In this document: one piece after another, positions 28,536 to 40,757 of the stretch
How positions within the stretch are numbered: the stretch's first letter is position 1
How the letters are laid out: each line of letters starts with the position of its first letter
Origin: Eledone cirrhosa
Taxonomy: Eukaryota
DNA length: 64,000 bases
Direction: 5' to 3'
Assembly (NCBI GenBank): GCA_964016885.1
Contig: OZ024741.1
Coordinates: 409,262,001-409,326,000 of the forward strand
The notes under the pieces: model-generated
The model's input: the letters and a program-made list of their open reading frames with translations, nothing else
Told to the model about the DNA's origin: nothing
The model's database searches: none
Translations under genes and position numbers: made by a program

Positions 28536-28817
28536 TCATACATTTGGTAATTGATGTTTACCTGTTGTGTTTGCTTTGAAGTGACCGATGGCTATCTTAA
28601 GTAGTGGTGCCGCAGGTATGTATTTCATGTTTACCTGCATACCACTGCTTACTGTTAGACTATTTCGGTAAAAACATCTACAAATGCAAATGTCAAGATT
28701 TTTTATAATAATAATAATAATCATCATCACCATCATCACCACCAGCACCATCACCACCTCCACCACCTCCACCAACACCACCACCACCACCACCTCCTCC
28801 ACCACCACCACCACCAC

Positions 28818-29124
28818 GGTCTGAGTTCAAATCCTTACGGGGTTGATAAAATAAAGTACCAGTTATACACTGGGATACTTGCTGGCCTTGTGCCAAAAGT
28901 AGAAACAATTATTTGTATATTTCATGTCATTAGTGCGGTGCATTGGCAGTATCGGTAGAGGGTCGGACGCCATGCTTTGCAGCAAAGAGTTACGGCCCTT
29001 TATGGTCTGAGTTCAAATCCTGCCGAGGTTAACTTTGCCTTTCATCCTTACGGGCTCGATAAAATAAAGTACCAGTAATGTACTGGGATAATTGCTGGCC
29101 TTGTGCCAAAAGTAGAAATAATTA
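28818..29124 (+). mobile_element. Two SINE family A copies (one partial, one near full length)
   Basis: Same motifs as 18135-18322. Confidence 0.85.
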
Positions 29125-29271
29125 TTTATATATAAATATATTTTCAATATGTATAAATATATCATTTTATTATTTATAAATTCCATTTCAAATTGTTCAA
29201 TATCATATTTTAATATATCATTTCAATACATCACATTTTAATATTATAAATGTTTATATATATGTGTGTGC

Positions 29272-29344
<73 letters not shown>

Positions 29345-29389
29345 AGATCCAACCCTTGCAAGCAGGGAAAAGCGGACGTAAAATGATGA

Positions 29390-29452
<63 letters not shown>

Positions 29453-29476
29453 GTATAATAAACAATACAATATAAT

Positions 29477-29547
29477 TACCTCATTACCAGAGGTTTCCCG
29501 AATAAGACGAATACAAGAAACGTCCTCATTCGTTCGTCAGACAAGGC
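29477..29547 (-). ncRNA. Type I hammerhead ribozyme motif, truncated at the cleavage site
   Basis: CUGACGA - stem II (CGAAUGAGGACG/CGUCUUAUUCG) - GAAA - CCUC/GAGG - UA; 3' strand of stem I is absent. Confidence 0.8.
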
Positions 29548-30318
29548 AATTTAAAACATAGTGAAATATTTGAAAAATCTCCTCAAGAAAAGCAAAAGTT
29601 TAACGGGCAAAAAAATATATATAAATAAAAGTAATGCAAGAGATATATAAAAATAAAATAAGGAAATATACTAAAGGTATGTGTATAAATGTGTGTATAT
29701 GCACCTACAAATGTACATATGTGTGTATGTACAAATGCATGTGTATAGTGAAAAAATGTGTGCGTAAGTACATACATGAGGGTAAGCATATCAGTGTATG
29801 TGTGACCACCAATACGTATATAATATATGTTGAAAAAAGAAATTGTAAGATAATAGAGTTAACGTACATCCAGACTCAGGGACTAAGGATTGAAATATAT
29901 ACACATACAAGTATGAAAGCACGTGTATAAACACACACACGCGCAACCACATACATGCAAGTGATATATACAGGGAAGGGAGTGTATCAGTCAAAGCAGT
30001 GTCAGGCTGAAGGTCGATCCATATATAAAAAATATAAAATATGAAAATGAAAAAATGAAAAAATATATGAGAATAAAAAAATTAAATCAAGAGAAAGTAA
30101 GAGGGAGGGGATATCAATTATAAAGTAACACTAGAAAAAATAGAAAACATACATAGGTTCGTACACACACATATATATATATATATAAAAATATATATAT
30201 AAATACGTACAGACAAAAGCACATACATACGTACATACATACAAAAGCGCGCATATATACACACGAAGCACATATATATACATACATGTACATCTAATCA
30301 CACGCACGCACGCGACCA

Positions 30319-30383
<65 letters not shown>

Positions 30384-31122
30384 ATATACACACACACACA
30401 TATATACAAGTATGTAAAAAACATAGATATAAAAACACATACACACACACACATATACACATACACGCGCACATACGAATGCATTCGTATACATATACAA
30501 ACACGTATACGAATGCATTCGTATACATATACAAACACGTATACACACACATGCACACTTACACGCATACATACAATATTAAAACCAGCCGTATGAATAA
30601 ATGGGTACAAATTGTACGCAAGTAAACATACATAAAAGCGGCTGAGGGACAACAGAATATATCTGGAGATGAAAACGCAAGTGACATGTGATATCAGGTA
30701 GTGAAAGAAAAGGGGGGGAGTAAAATATGGAAAATTGTGAAGATATAAAGTAAGAGAATCAAAAAGCAGGGGGGAGGGGGGTCACTGGTAGATGTGAAGT
30801 AAAAATAAAAATAAAAGTAAATCAGAAATAGAAGTCTGTAAAGAGGGTAATTTAAGGAAAGTGAAGAACAAGAGTTTATGGAGGATAAGTATCTGAAAGT
30901 GAGTTAAGTTTATGAGCTAGAAAGCAAGTGTGATTTCATGTGTGGGCAACTGGTGAAAATATCTGTTTTTGCATTTAGGCAGGTTTTTGGTGATTTAAGG
31001 TTCTGTAAAATCCAATATTTTTCACTTATGCAGAGTGCGGATCTTCTTGTTCCTCTTGCATATTCTTTAGATTGATTCAAAATTGACCAATCTAATTTAT
31101 ATTGTATTGTTTATTATACATT
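29477..31122 (-). mobile_element. Penelope-like element 3' fragment (end of GIY-YIG domain, low-complexity UTR, hammerhead)
   Basis: Minus strand ~31107-30910 translates IQYKLDWSILNQSKEYARGTRRSALCISEKYWILQ..CLNAKTDIFTSCPH..LLS*, homologous to the C-terminus encoded at 54490-54650; hammerhead motif at the distal end. Confidence 0.8.
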
Positions 31123-31289
31123 AAATTTAGCTCTGTAACTTACATAGAGTACTCTTCACTCCTATGACTTTTTCAATTTTCAACGGAAACTTCAATACGT
31201 ATATATATATATATTACATTCAAAGTTAAGTTATAGATGTCATGTTTGAAATAATCTGGAACATGTGTCTTGTCTCACAAAATCTGCTC

Positions 31290-33180
31290 AAACACGTTTA
31301 CAGTGTGGACTGGGAGGTTTTTACCGTGTTACCTACACGGTCACATTACAGCGTGAACTGTGTGTTTTTTTTGTCGTGACACCTACACGACCTCATTTAT
31401 TTAGGACTGGATGTTGTGGTACCAACATAACTTTACATCAAAAGGGGTGGTGTAGATGGGAGTGGAGGTAGGGGTAGTGGGACGGGGGTATATTTTGGTT
31501 AAGAGGTGCCTACTGACTATAGGTTTCGCTTTGTACTTAGGAAAGGCGGGTCTTCTGTATTACTGCAATACGCCAAAGATCTTGGTCCAGTTACATTGTC
31601 TTGGAGAGGTGTAAGTGTGTGAGGTTGGAATTTATCAAGTCGTCCCAGGTTTTTCTGGGTCTGCCTACTCTGTAGCTACCGTCTATTTTGATCGCCCTGC
31701 ACTTTTTTATACAGCTGTCGTCTTTCATGCGCATCATGTGACCATACCAACGTAATCTTCTCTCGAGTAAACAGCATCTGATCCCTCTTATTCCAAATTT
31801 CTCACTTAGTTCATTTATGCTTTGCCGTTCACGTATATTACTATTACACATCCAACGGAGCATGCAAGCTTCGTTCCTCTCCAGTCTGCGTATATCCTCT
31901 GTACACAAGGCCCAGGTCTCACTGCCAGGTAACATTGCTGTTCATATACAGGCATCTTATAGTCTGCCTTTCATTTTTAGAGAGAAACCTTTAGCGACCA
32001 ATAGTTGTATAAGCTCTCTGAACTTTTTCCATCCTGTTCTGACTCTAGCTCCTGTACTTTCAGAGCACCCTCCACCACTGCTGATTTTGTCACCCAGGTA
32101 ACAGAAGGTGTCCACTATTTCTATAGAACCATCTGGGCAATATAAGGAGCTAGTATCCTGTGGGCAATTGCTACTTATTGCACCTGAGCATCGGCCACAT
32201 ATAAAATCTACGTTCTTAGTTAACTTACCTGTGATCCCACTACATCTTTTATGCACCCATACTTTGCATTTGAGACATAAAACAGAGTTTCTGCCTACTC
32301 CTTTCCTACACACTGAGCATGGCCATTTCCCAGATGGGACCAGTGCCCTATTTTCCTTCCTACATATTAGAACTTTAGTCTTAGACAAGCTAATTTTAAG
32401 GCCTTTTGATTCTAGGCCATGCTTCCATGTTTGGAATTGCTTCTCTAGTTCAGTCATTGATTCAGCTATGAGCGTTAGATCATCTGCGTATAGGAGTTCC
32501 CATGGGCAGCCGGTCTTGAACTCCTCTGTTATAGCCTGGAGGGCGATAATGAATAAGAGGGAGCTAAGGACGGAGCCTCGATGAACACCAACTTTTACGC
32601 TAAACTCTTCACTATAGTCATTGTTAATTCTAACCTTGCTGACTGTTTCTTTATACATGGCTTGAATAGCTCTCACAAGCCATTCATCAACACCTAGTTT
32701 TCTGAGAGCCCACCAGATAATGGGGCGTAGGACTCTGTCAAATGCTTTCTCCAAGTCAACAAAAGCTAAGTATAGGGGTTTACTTTTAGCTAGGTACTTC
32801 TCCTGTAGTTTTCATACAATGAAAAGAGCGTCTGTGGTACTTTTACCTGACACAAACCCGAACTGCATTTCATCTAGATCAATTCGCTCTCTGATTAGTT
32901 GCGCTATTACTTTTTCTGTGACCTTCATGACCTGGTCAATTAATTTAATGCCTCTATAGTTTCCCCTATCTAGGGCATCTCCTTTACCCTTGTAGCAGTT
33001 AATGATGATGCTGCTAAGCCAGTCCTTTGGTACGACCCCATTCTGTATGACCTGGTTTACTATCTGGGTGACCATAGTGTGTCCCACCGTTCCAGATGCT
33101 TTCAGCATTTCAGCAACTATTTCCGAAGGCCCAGCCCGTCTTCATATCTTTGATTGCCTTACTTATTATACTACCTTCAA
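31290..33180 (-). mobile_element. RTE LINE, 5'-truncated, covering most of RT, PHD-type finger and C-terminus; frameshifted
   Basis: YKGKGD..NYRGIKL, QFGF, EKAFDRV, LLYADDL, FCYLG across ORFs 32812-33108, 31957-32754 and 31591-31935. Confidence 0.95.
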
Positions 33181-33201
33181 CTTGCACTGCTGGTTGGATC
33201 G

Positions 33202-33247
<46 letters not shown>

Positions 33248-33300
33248 GTGAAGTTTTTTTACAAAATGAAAAAAAACGAGGTGTCCTACACGAGTGTATG

Positions 33301-33583
33301 TATAAGGGAAAAAGATGAAATCGAAAATGCAACTGGAGTCTTTTTTTTTTTAAATATATTTATTTGGTTCCTTTACCGGTTTCGCAGTTCTGCTTTTCAA
33401 AAGTAGAATTGAGATGGAGGGTGTGTGGTTTTTCTCACATCTGATATGAGAAAAACCACAAACCCTCCATCTCAACTCTACTTTTGAAAAGCAGAACTGC
33501 GAAACCGGTAAAGGAACCAAATAAATATATTTAAAAAAAAAAAGACTCCAGTTGCATTTTCGATTTCATCTTTTTTCCTTATA
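33301..33583. mobile_element. 283-bp near-perfect palindrome; inverted Penelope pLTR remnant with a minimal hammerhead in each arm
   Basis: Arms are reverse-complementary around ~33442; + strand 33481-33513 reads CUU UUGAAAA GCAG-AA-CUGC GAAA CCGG UA AAG. Confidence 0.8.
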
Positions 33584-33689
33584 TATATATACACACACAT
33601 AAATATCCAATGATATATATGTATAATAGGACATATCAAACTTTAACAGGAGACAATCTATATAGAATGTAAGAATACATAGTTCGTTA

Positions 33690-33910
33690 TTAGCATTTAC
33701 ATTACTCTATATTTACTATTATATTTTCATGGTAAAGTTTTTACCTCACACACTTATCACACATAATATAGAATCTACAAGGTTTTGGTGTTATTTATTT
33801 TGAGAACAATACCTTAACATAAGTATGATCAGTCAGTTATGGCTGGTTTGAACACAAAGATGTGAGAGAATTCTGGCCGGATACGGCCGGTTTAAATGCT
33901 AAAGGGTTAA
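33690..33910. mobile_element. piggyBac-type MITE, left end eroded
   Basis: Ends AAATGCTAAAGGG-TTAA; homologous to 58140-58341. Confidence 0.75.
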
Positions 33911-34169
33911 CAAAGATTTAAAACGTTGATACATTCTTCAGAAATCATGATTATATTTCACCAAATATCGGTGAAGTTAGATAATCTATCTGGATCTTCA
34001 GTGAAGGTATTGATCTATCTATCTAAACTTCCACCCGTTAACAGAACTGAAGACGAGAGAAGCACATGGTATTATTAAAAAAAACAATGTATGCGGTCAT
34101 AGTCTGCAGTGACATGAAAGGATATATATGTATCACATTTATATATTCTTATTATTAGTAAATATATCA

Positions 34170-34382
34170 TGGTGATGGATTGGTAGAGCATCTGGCACCC
34201 TGCTTCATGGCATAGAGTTGCGTTCCTTTACATTTTGAGTTCAAATCCTATCAAGATTAGCTTTGCTTTTCATCCTTACGGGGTCGATAAAATAAAGTAC
34301 CAGTAACAAACTGGGGTCAATTTAATCGAGTTTCCTCTCCCCTTTAAATTTCTGGACTTGTGCCTAAAGTAGAAACCATTAT
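34170..34382 (+). mobile_element. SINE family A
   Basis: Shared central motif and AGTAGAAAC end. Confidence 0.85.
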
Positions 34383-34439
34383 TTGTAATTATATCAATTT
34401 TCAATATTTGAATGTCTCATTTCATTATTTATAAAAAAG

Positions 34440-34623
34440 GAACGATCGACTTTCGTCAAATCGGACCGAGGAAACAATGTTTCCATTGGTCTTTCCAATC
34501 ATTAATAGTCTCTATCGGTCGCAACTCCGGGTAGGAGTAACGTGAAATAAAGTGTCTGGGAATCGAACTCACAACCTCAAGATTGCGAATCCAATTCACT
34601 AACCACTCAGCCACACACCTCCA
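34440..34623 (-). mobile_element. tRNA-head SINE with a different 3' tail (related partial copy at about 62140-62285, + strand)
   Basis: A box TGGCTGAGTGG, B box GAGTTCGATTC; tail CAATGGAAAC.TTGTTTCCTCGGTCCGATTTGA present in both copies. Confidence 0.8.
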
Positions 34624-34625
34624 CA

Positions 34626-34957
34626 TATATATATATATAAAACTGAGGATGTCTGTCTGTGTGTCTGTGTGTGTATGTGAGTTTGAATGCCTAAAACTCG
34701 AGAAGTACCCAACCGATTTTTTTCAAACTTTACATGTGTATTACTTATGTTTCTTGATCCCCCAGGGCCCGCATTAGGTGAAAACCTGTATTTTTTCTGC
34801 TTCATCGAGGAAAATCTTAAAGATTATCCAGCCATCAGAGTATTCGGTTTATTTTCTTTACATATTATCCAGGCATGCAGTTTTTCCTCGATTGGGTCTG
34901 TTGACGGCCCGCGTTCCAAAATACCTTATCCCATGCAATGCTGGGTACCACTGCTAG
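34626..34957 (+). mobile_element. Non-autonomous Helitron
   Basis: 5' TATATAAAA followed by (GTCT/GT)n; 3' hairpin CCCATGCAATGCTGGG, then CTAG followed by T. Confidence 0.75.
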
Positions 34958-35149
34958 TATTTATAAATATGATTATTTATTATTTATTAATCTGATTTTA
35001 AAATGTCTGATATTTATAAATAGACAATAGACAATATCTATGGCCTGTTTCTAAACATTCACTACATCCAGCTCCACCTTAGATCTCCTGTGAGGACCCT
35101 GCCAGAAGATTCTGAAATGTTGAGGTCACCAAAGTTTGGCAACAGACTC

Positions 35150-36683
35150 AACAGATCATATTCCATCTGTCACCAGGACCCAACAGATAATACTCCATCT
35201 GTCACCAGGACCCAACAGATCATATTCCATCTGTCACCAGGACCCAACAGATCATACTCCATCTGTCACCAGGACCCAACAGATCATATTCCATCTGTCA
35301 CCAGGACCCAACAGATCATACTCCATCTGTCACCAGGACCCAACAGATCATATTCCATCTGTCACCAGGACCCAACAGATAATACTCCATCTGTCACCAG
35401 GACCCAACAGATCATATTCCATCTGTCACCAGGACTCAACAGATCATACTCCATCTGTCACCAGGACCCAACAGATTATATTCCATCTGTCACCAGGACC
35501 CAACAGATCATATTCCATCTGTCATCAGGACCCAACAGATCATACTCCATCTGTCACCAGGACCCAACAGATCATATTCCATCTGTCACCAGGACCCAAC
35601 AGATCATACTCCATCTGTCACCAGGACCCAACAGATCATATTCCATCTGTCACCAGGACCCAACAGATCATACTCCATCTGTCACCAGGACCCAACAGAT
35701 CATATTCCATCTGTCACCAGGACCCAACAGATCATATTCCATCTGTCACCAGGACCCAACAGATCATATTCCATCTGTCACCAGGACCCAACAGATCATA
35801 CTCCATCTGTCACCAGGACCCAACAGATCATACTCCATCTGTCACCAGGACCCAACAGATCATATTCCATCTGTCACCAGGACCCAACAGATCATACTCC
35901 ATCTGTCACCAGGACCCAACAGATCATACTCCATCTGTCACCAGGACCCAACAGATCATACTCCATCTGTCACCAGGACCCAACAGATCATATTCCATCT
36001 GTAACCAGGACCCAACAGATCATATTCCATCTGTCACCAGGACCCAACAGATCATACTCCATCTGTCACCAGGACCCAACAGATCATATTCCATCTGTCA
36101 CCAGGACCCAACAGATCATACTCCATCTGTCACCAGGACCCAACAGATCATACTCCATCTGTCACCAGGACCCAACAGATCATACTCCATCTGTCACCAG
36201 GACCCAACAGATCATACTCCATCTGTCACCAGGACCCAACAGATCATATTCCATCTGTCACCAGGACCCAACAGATCATACTCCATCTGTCACCAGGACC
36301 CAACAGATCATATTCCATCTGTCACCAGGACCCAACAGATCATATTCCATCTGTCACCAGGACCCAACAGATCATATTCCATCTGTCACCAGGACCCAAC
36401 AGATCATATTCCATCTGTCACCAGGACCCAACAGATCATACTCCATCTGTCACCAGGACCCAACAGATCATATTCCATCTGTCACCAGGACCCAACAGAT
36501 CATACTCCATCTGTCACCAGGACCCAACAGATCATTTTCCATCTGTCACCAGGACCCAACAGATCATATTCCATCTGTCACCAGGACCCAACAGATAATA
36601 CTCCATCTGTCACCAGGACCCAACAGATCATACTCCATCTGTCACCAGGACCCAACAGATCATACTCCATCTGTCACCAGGAC
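35150..36683. repeat. 32-bp minisatellite, about 48 copies (CCAACAGATCATA(T/C)TCCATCTGTCACCAGGAC)
   Basis: Directly visible; the 32-aa periodic ORFs equal three units. Confidence 0.98.
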
Positions 36684-37235
36684 CTCTCAAGAATCTCACT
36701 TTTAATGTCTTGTTACTGATGCAATCACTTCCATTTCCACTCCTTTTTCCTTCTCTCTATCACTCCCTCCTCTCTGTCTATCACTCCCTTCTCTCTGTCT
36801 ATCATACACTCTACTTCCCCACCTCTCCCCTTCCTTTTCCCCCTCCCAGAATCACCAGTCAATCTCTCTCATTACACTTTACTATCTTTAAAAAGAAGAG
36901 AAATCTCTACTTTACAGTTTTGACAAGGTTTTACTGGTTGGAATCCCTTCCTATCACCAACCACTTTACAGAGTGGACTGGGTGTATTATTTGTACCACC
37001 AGCACTAGAGAGGCTGTCTTACTGGACTGAAGGGTTCTCTCTGACTTGTATCAGTTTTTATTTAGAGTAAATAACTGCTCCCCAAGATAGGTTGCCTTCT
37101 CCATGGCTTACAGAGGCCACATCTATTGAGTAAAGTAATTTTAGATATATTATGTCTGGAAACAAAAATAGTGTGATCTTGGTTGGAACACCAGCTTCAT
37201 CAAGGATGACCTTGACTAGAACAACAATAATATCA

Positions 37236-37790
37236 CTCTTCTTCACCCACGTATTCCTGGGAGGGTCGTAGGAGTAGAGGCCTCAGATATACTTTCCAGC
37301 GGTTCCTGTCAGAAGCAACCGTCTCCAACTGATCTGGCTGGACCCCCGAGCGTGACTAGCCAAGCTCATTGGATGTTATTCAACCATCTTGCTTGGGGTC
37401 TACCCCTGGGTCTTCTGCAGGTTGGTTTTGCCCGTAAAATCTGCCCAGCGATTCTTTCCTGAGACATTCTAACCACATGTCCATAGCTGTGATCTCTCAA
37501 TTCGGAGAAGTAGCACCCCTACCTGGAGTGACTCTCTGATCTTAGAGCTACGCACTATATCATGTAATGTTACTCCAAAGAGCCTTCGGAGGAACCTCAT
37601 TTTGGCTGCTTGTGTTCGCGATAGTATTCTTTCGGTCATTACTCAAGAAAAGAGTTGGAACAAATACTGAATTGAAGATAGCGAGTTTGGCTTTTACACC
37701 AACCTCCCTTCTGATTACCAAATGTTGAAGTTGGCACATTACTGCACCAGCCCCTGCAATTCTTACATTTAATTCAGCCTTCTGCCTTCC
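37236..37790 (-). mobile_element. Rex3/Expander-like RTE 3' fragment, unexpanded copy
   Basis: Translates KAKLAIFNSVFVPTL..MTERILSRTQAAKMRFLRRLFGVTL..LLLRIERSQL; GAAGAAGAG end. Confidence 0.85.
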
Positions 37791-38259
37791 ACCGACCTCT
37801 TATCTCTCAACTCCTCAAAAATCTAATAAATAAAAGAAAAAAAAAAAATCAAAAATATATTTGTTTGTTTGTTTATATTTTTTTATTTTAAGTTTGTTAC
37901 AATTTTATGTTAAAAGAAATGTGGTGGTTGTAGTGGTGGTGGTTGTAGTGGTAGTGGTAGTGGTAGCAGTAGTGATGGTGGTTGTACTTGTGGTAGCAGT
38001 AGTAGTCGTGGCAGTGCCAGTAGTGGTAGTAGTGGTGGTATTAGTAGTAGTGGTAGGGATTTTTCATACCTTGCTAAATGACTCATTCTTTCTCTCCTTG
38101 GTTTTACCTGTTTTTATTTGTTTGTTGAAGAATCTGTTTTGTTGTATTTGGTTATGTGAAAGTTGTGAGTTTAAATCCCAGTATATACTGAGGTTGATAT
38201 AATCAACTTCCCGCTCTTTGCAGCTTTTCTGTCGTTAGATATTATTGTATAGATATGAG

Positions 38260-38447
38260 TGATGGATTGGCGGTATCCGTTGAGGGTCGGACACCATGCT
38301 TTGTAGCATAGAGTTACGGCCCTTTATGATCTGAGTTCCAATCCCGCCGAGGTTAACTTTGCCTTTCATCCTTACGAGGTCGATAAAATAAAGTACCAGT
38401 AATGCACTGGGTAATTTCTGGCCTTGTGCCTAAAGTAGAAACAATTA
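38260..38447 (+). mobile_element. SINE family A
   Basis: Full head, body and tail match. Confidence 0.88.
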
Positions 38448-38998
38448 TATAGATATGTACAATGGTTTATTATAGAAATATTAGTCACAATAGACTAGTG
38501 CCCTCTCCAGGGGATCAAGACATTTGTCTTTTTTCTGCTTAATTCTTAACATCCTGTAACGACTTAGCAGAAAGTATCTAAAAAAACTAGTTTGTTAATT
38601 CAAATGTTTATAGTATCTTTACTAGTGGACAGATTGTTGCGAAAATTTGCAGTATTAGAGTAAAGACTTTAATTTTTCCATGTGATGAGGTCAATGTTAT
38701 GTTCCAAATATTAACTGAGTCTTGTTCTCTTTCTTAGCTATTGTAGTTGTGTTAAATATATATATACATATAGACCAGGTCCGAACACAAAGGAACCAAA
38801 CTCCCACTGTCATTGCCTCTGTTTAATGTAATCATAAGGCTACTTTGTACTTTTCAAGAATGTTTTGCTAATGCTGTTTCATGTGGTACAGGATGTTAAG
38901 AGTTAATATTTGAAAACTTCGGTATTAAATATCAGCACATGGATTTATGGAAGATTTAACTAATCTGTTGGCTAAATAAGTGGTGTGGGAGATGGCTT

Positions 38999-40757
38999 AG
39001 CTAGCTACATATCTACCTTAGGAGACACAGAGCTAGCTACATACATAATACCTACCTTAGGAGAGACAGAGCTAGCTACATATCTACCTTAGGAGACACA
39101 GAGCTAGCTACATATCTACCTTAGGAGACACAGAGCTAGCTACATACATAATACCTACCTTAGGAGAGACAGAGCTAGCTACATATCTACCTTAGGAGAC
39201 ACAGAGCTAGTTACATACATCATACCTACCTTAGGAGACACAGAGCTAGCTACATATCTACCTTAGGAGACACAGAGCTAGCTACATACATAATACCTAC
39301 CTTAGGAGAGACAGAGCTAGCTACATATCTACCTTAGGAGACACAGAGCTAGTTACATACATCATACCTACCTTAGGAGACACAGAGCTAGCTACATATC
39401 TACCTTAGGAGACACAGAGCTAGCTACATACATAATACCTACCTTAGGAGAGACAGAGCTAGCTACATATCTACCTTAGGAGACACAGAGCTAGCTACAT
39501 ACATAATACCTACCTTAAGAGAGACAGAGCTAGCTACATATCTACCTTAGGAGACACAGAGCTAGTTACATACATCATACCTACCTTAGGAGACACAGAG
39601 CTAGCTACATATCTACCTTAGGAGACACAGAGCTAGCTACATATCTACCTTAGGAGACACAGAGCTAGCTACATACATCATACCTACATTAGGAGACACA
39701 GAGCTAGCTACCTATCTACCTTAGGAGACATAGAGCTAGCTACATACATCATACCTACCTTAGGAGACACAGAGCTAGCTACATATCTACCTTAGGAGAC
39801 ACAGAGCTAGTTACATACATCATACCTACCTTAGGAGACACAGAGCTAGCTACATATCTACCTTAGGAGACACAGTGCTAGCTACATATCTACCTTAGGA
39901 GACACAGAGCTAGCTACATATCTACCTTAGGAGACATAGAGCTAGCTACATACATCATACCTACCTTAGGAGACACAGAGCTAGCTACCTATCTACCTTA
40001 GGAGACACAGAGTTAGCTACATACCTACCTTAGGAGACACAGAGCTAGCTACCTATCTACCTTAGGAGACACAGAGCTAGCTACATACCTACCTTAGGAG
40101 ACACAAAGCTAGCTACATATCTACCTTAGGAGACACAGAGCTAGCTACATATCTCCCTTAGGAGACACAGAGCTAGCTACATATCTACCTTAGGAGACAC
40201 AGAGCTAGCTACCTATCTACCTTAGGAGACACAGAGCTAGCTACCTATCTACCTTAGGAGACACAGAGCTAGCTACATATCTACCTTAGGAGACACAGAG
40301 CTAGCTACATACATCATACCTACCTTAGGAGACACAGAACTAGCTACATATCTACCTTAGGAAACACAGAGCTAGCTACATATCTACCTTAGGAGACACA
40401 GAGCTAGCTACATACATCATACCTACATTAGGAGACACAGAACTAGCTACATATCTACCTTAGGAAACACAGAGCTAGCTACATATCTACCTTAGGAGAC
40501 ACAGAGCTAGCTACCTATCTACCTTAGGAGACACAGAGCTAGCTACCTATCTACCTTAGGAGACACAGAGCTAGCTACATATCTACCTTAGGAGACACAG
40601 AGCTAGCTACATACATCATACCTACCTTAGGAGACACAGAACTAGCTACATATCTACCTTAGGAAACACAGAGCTAGCTACATATCTACCTTAGGAGACA
40701 CAGAGCTAGCTACATATCTACCTTAGGAGACACAGGGCTAGCTACCTATCTACCTTA
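38999..40757. repeat. 32/39-bp satellite, left part (CTACCTTAGGAGACACAGAGCTAGCTACATAT)
   Basis: Tandem monomers; the 39-bp variant adds CATCATA; 71-bp dimers occur. Confidence 0.98.

Noticed and set aside
29231-30652. YI/CV-rich ORFs
   Set aside because: Dinucleotide (TA)n/(CA)n artefacts
35150-36683. CRISPR-like 32-bp hairpin repeats
   Set aside because: Units are contiguous with no unique spacers, no cas genes, and the context is eukaryotic; the same applies to the other arrays
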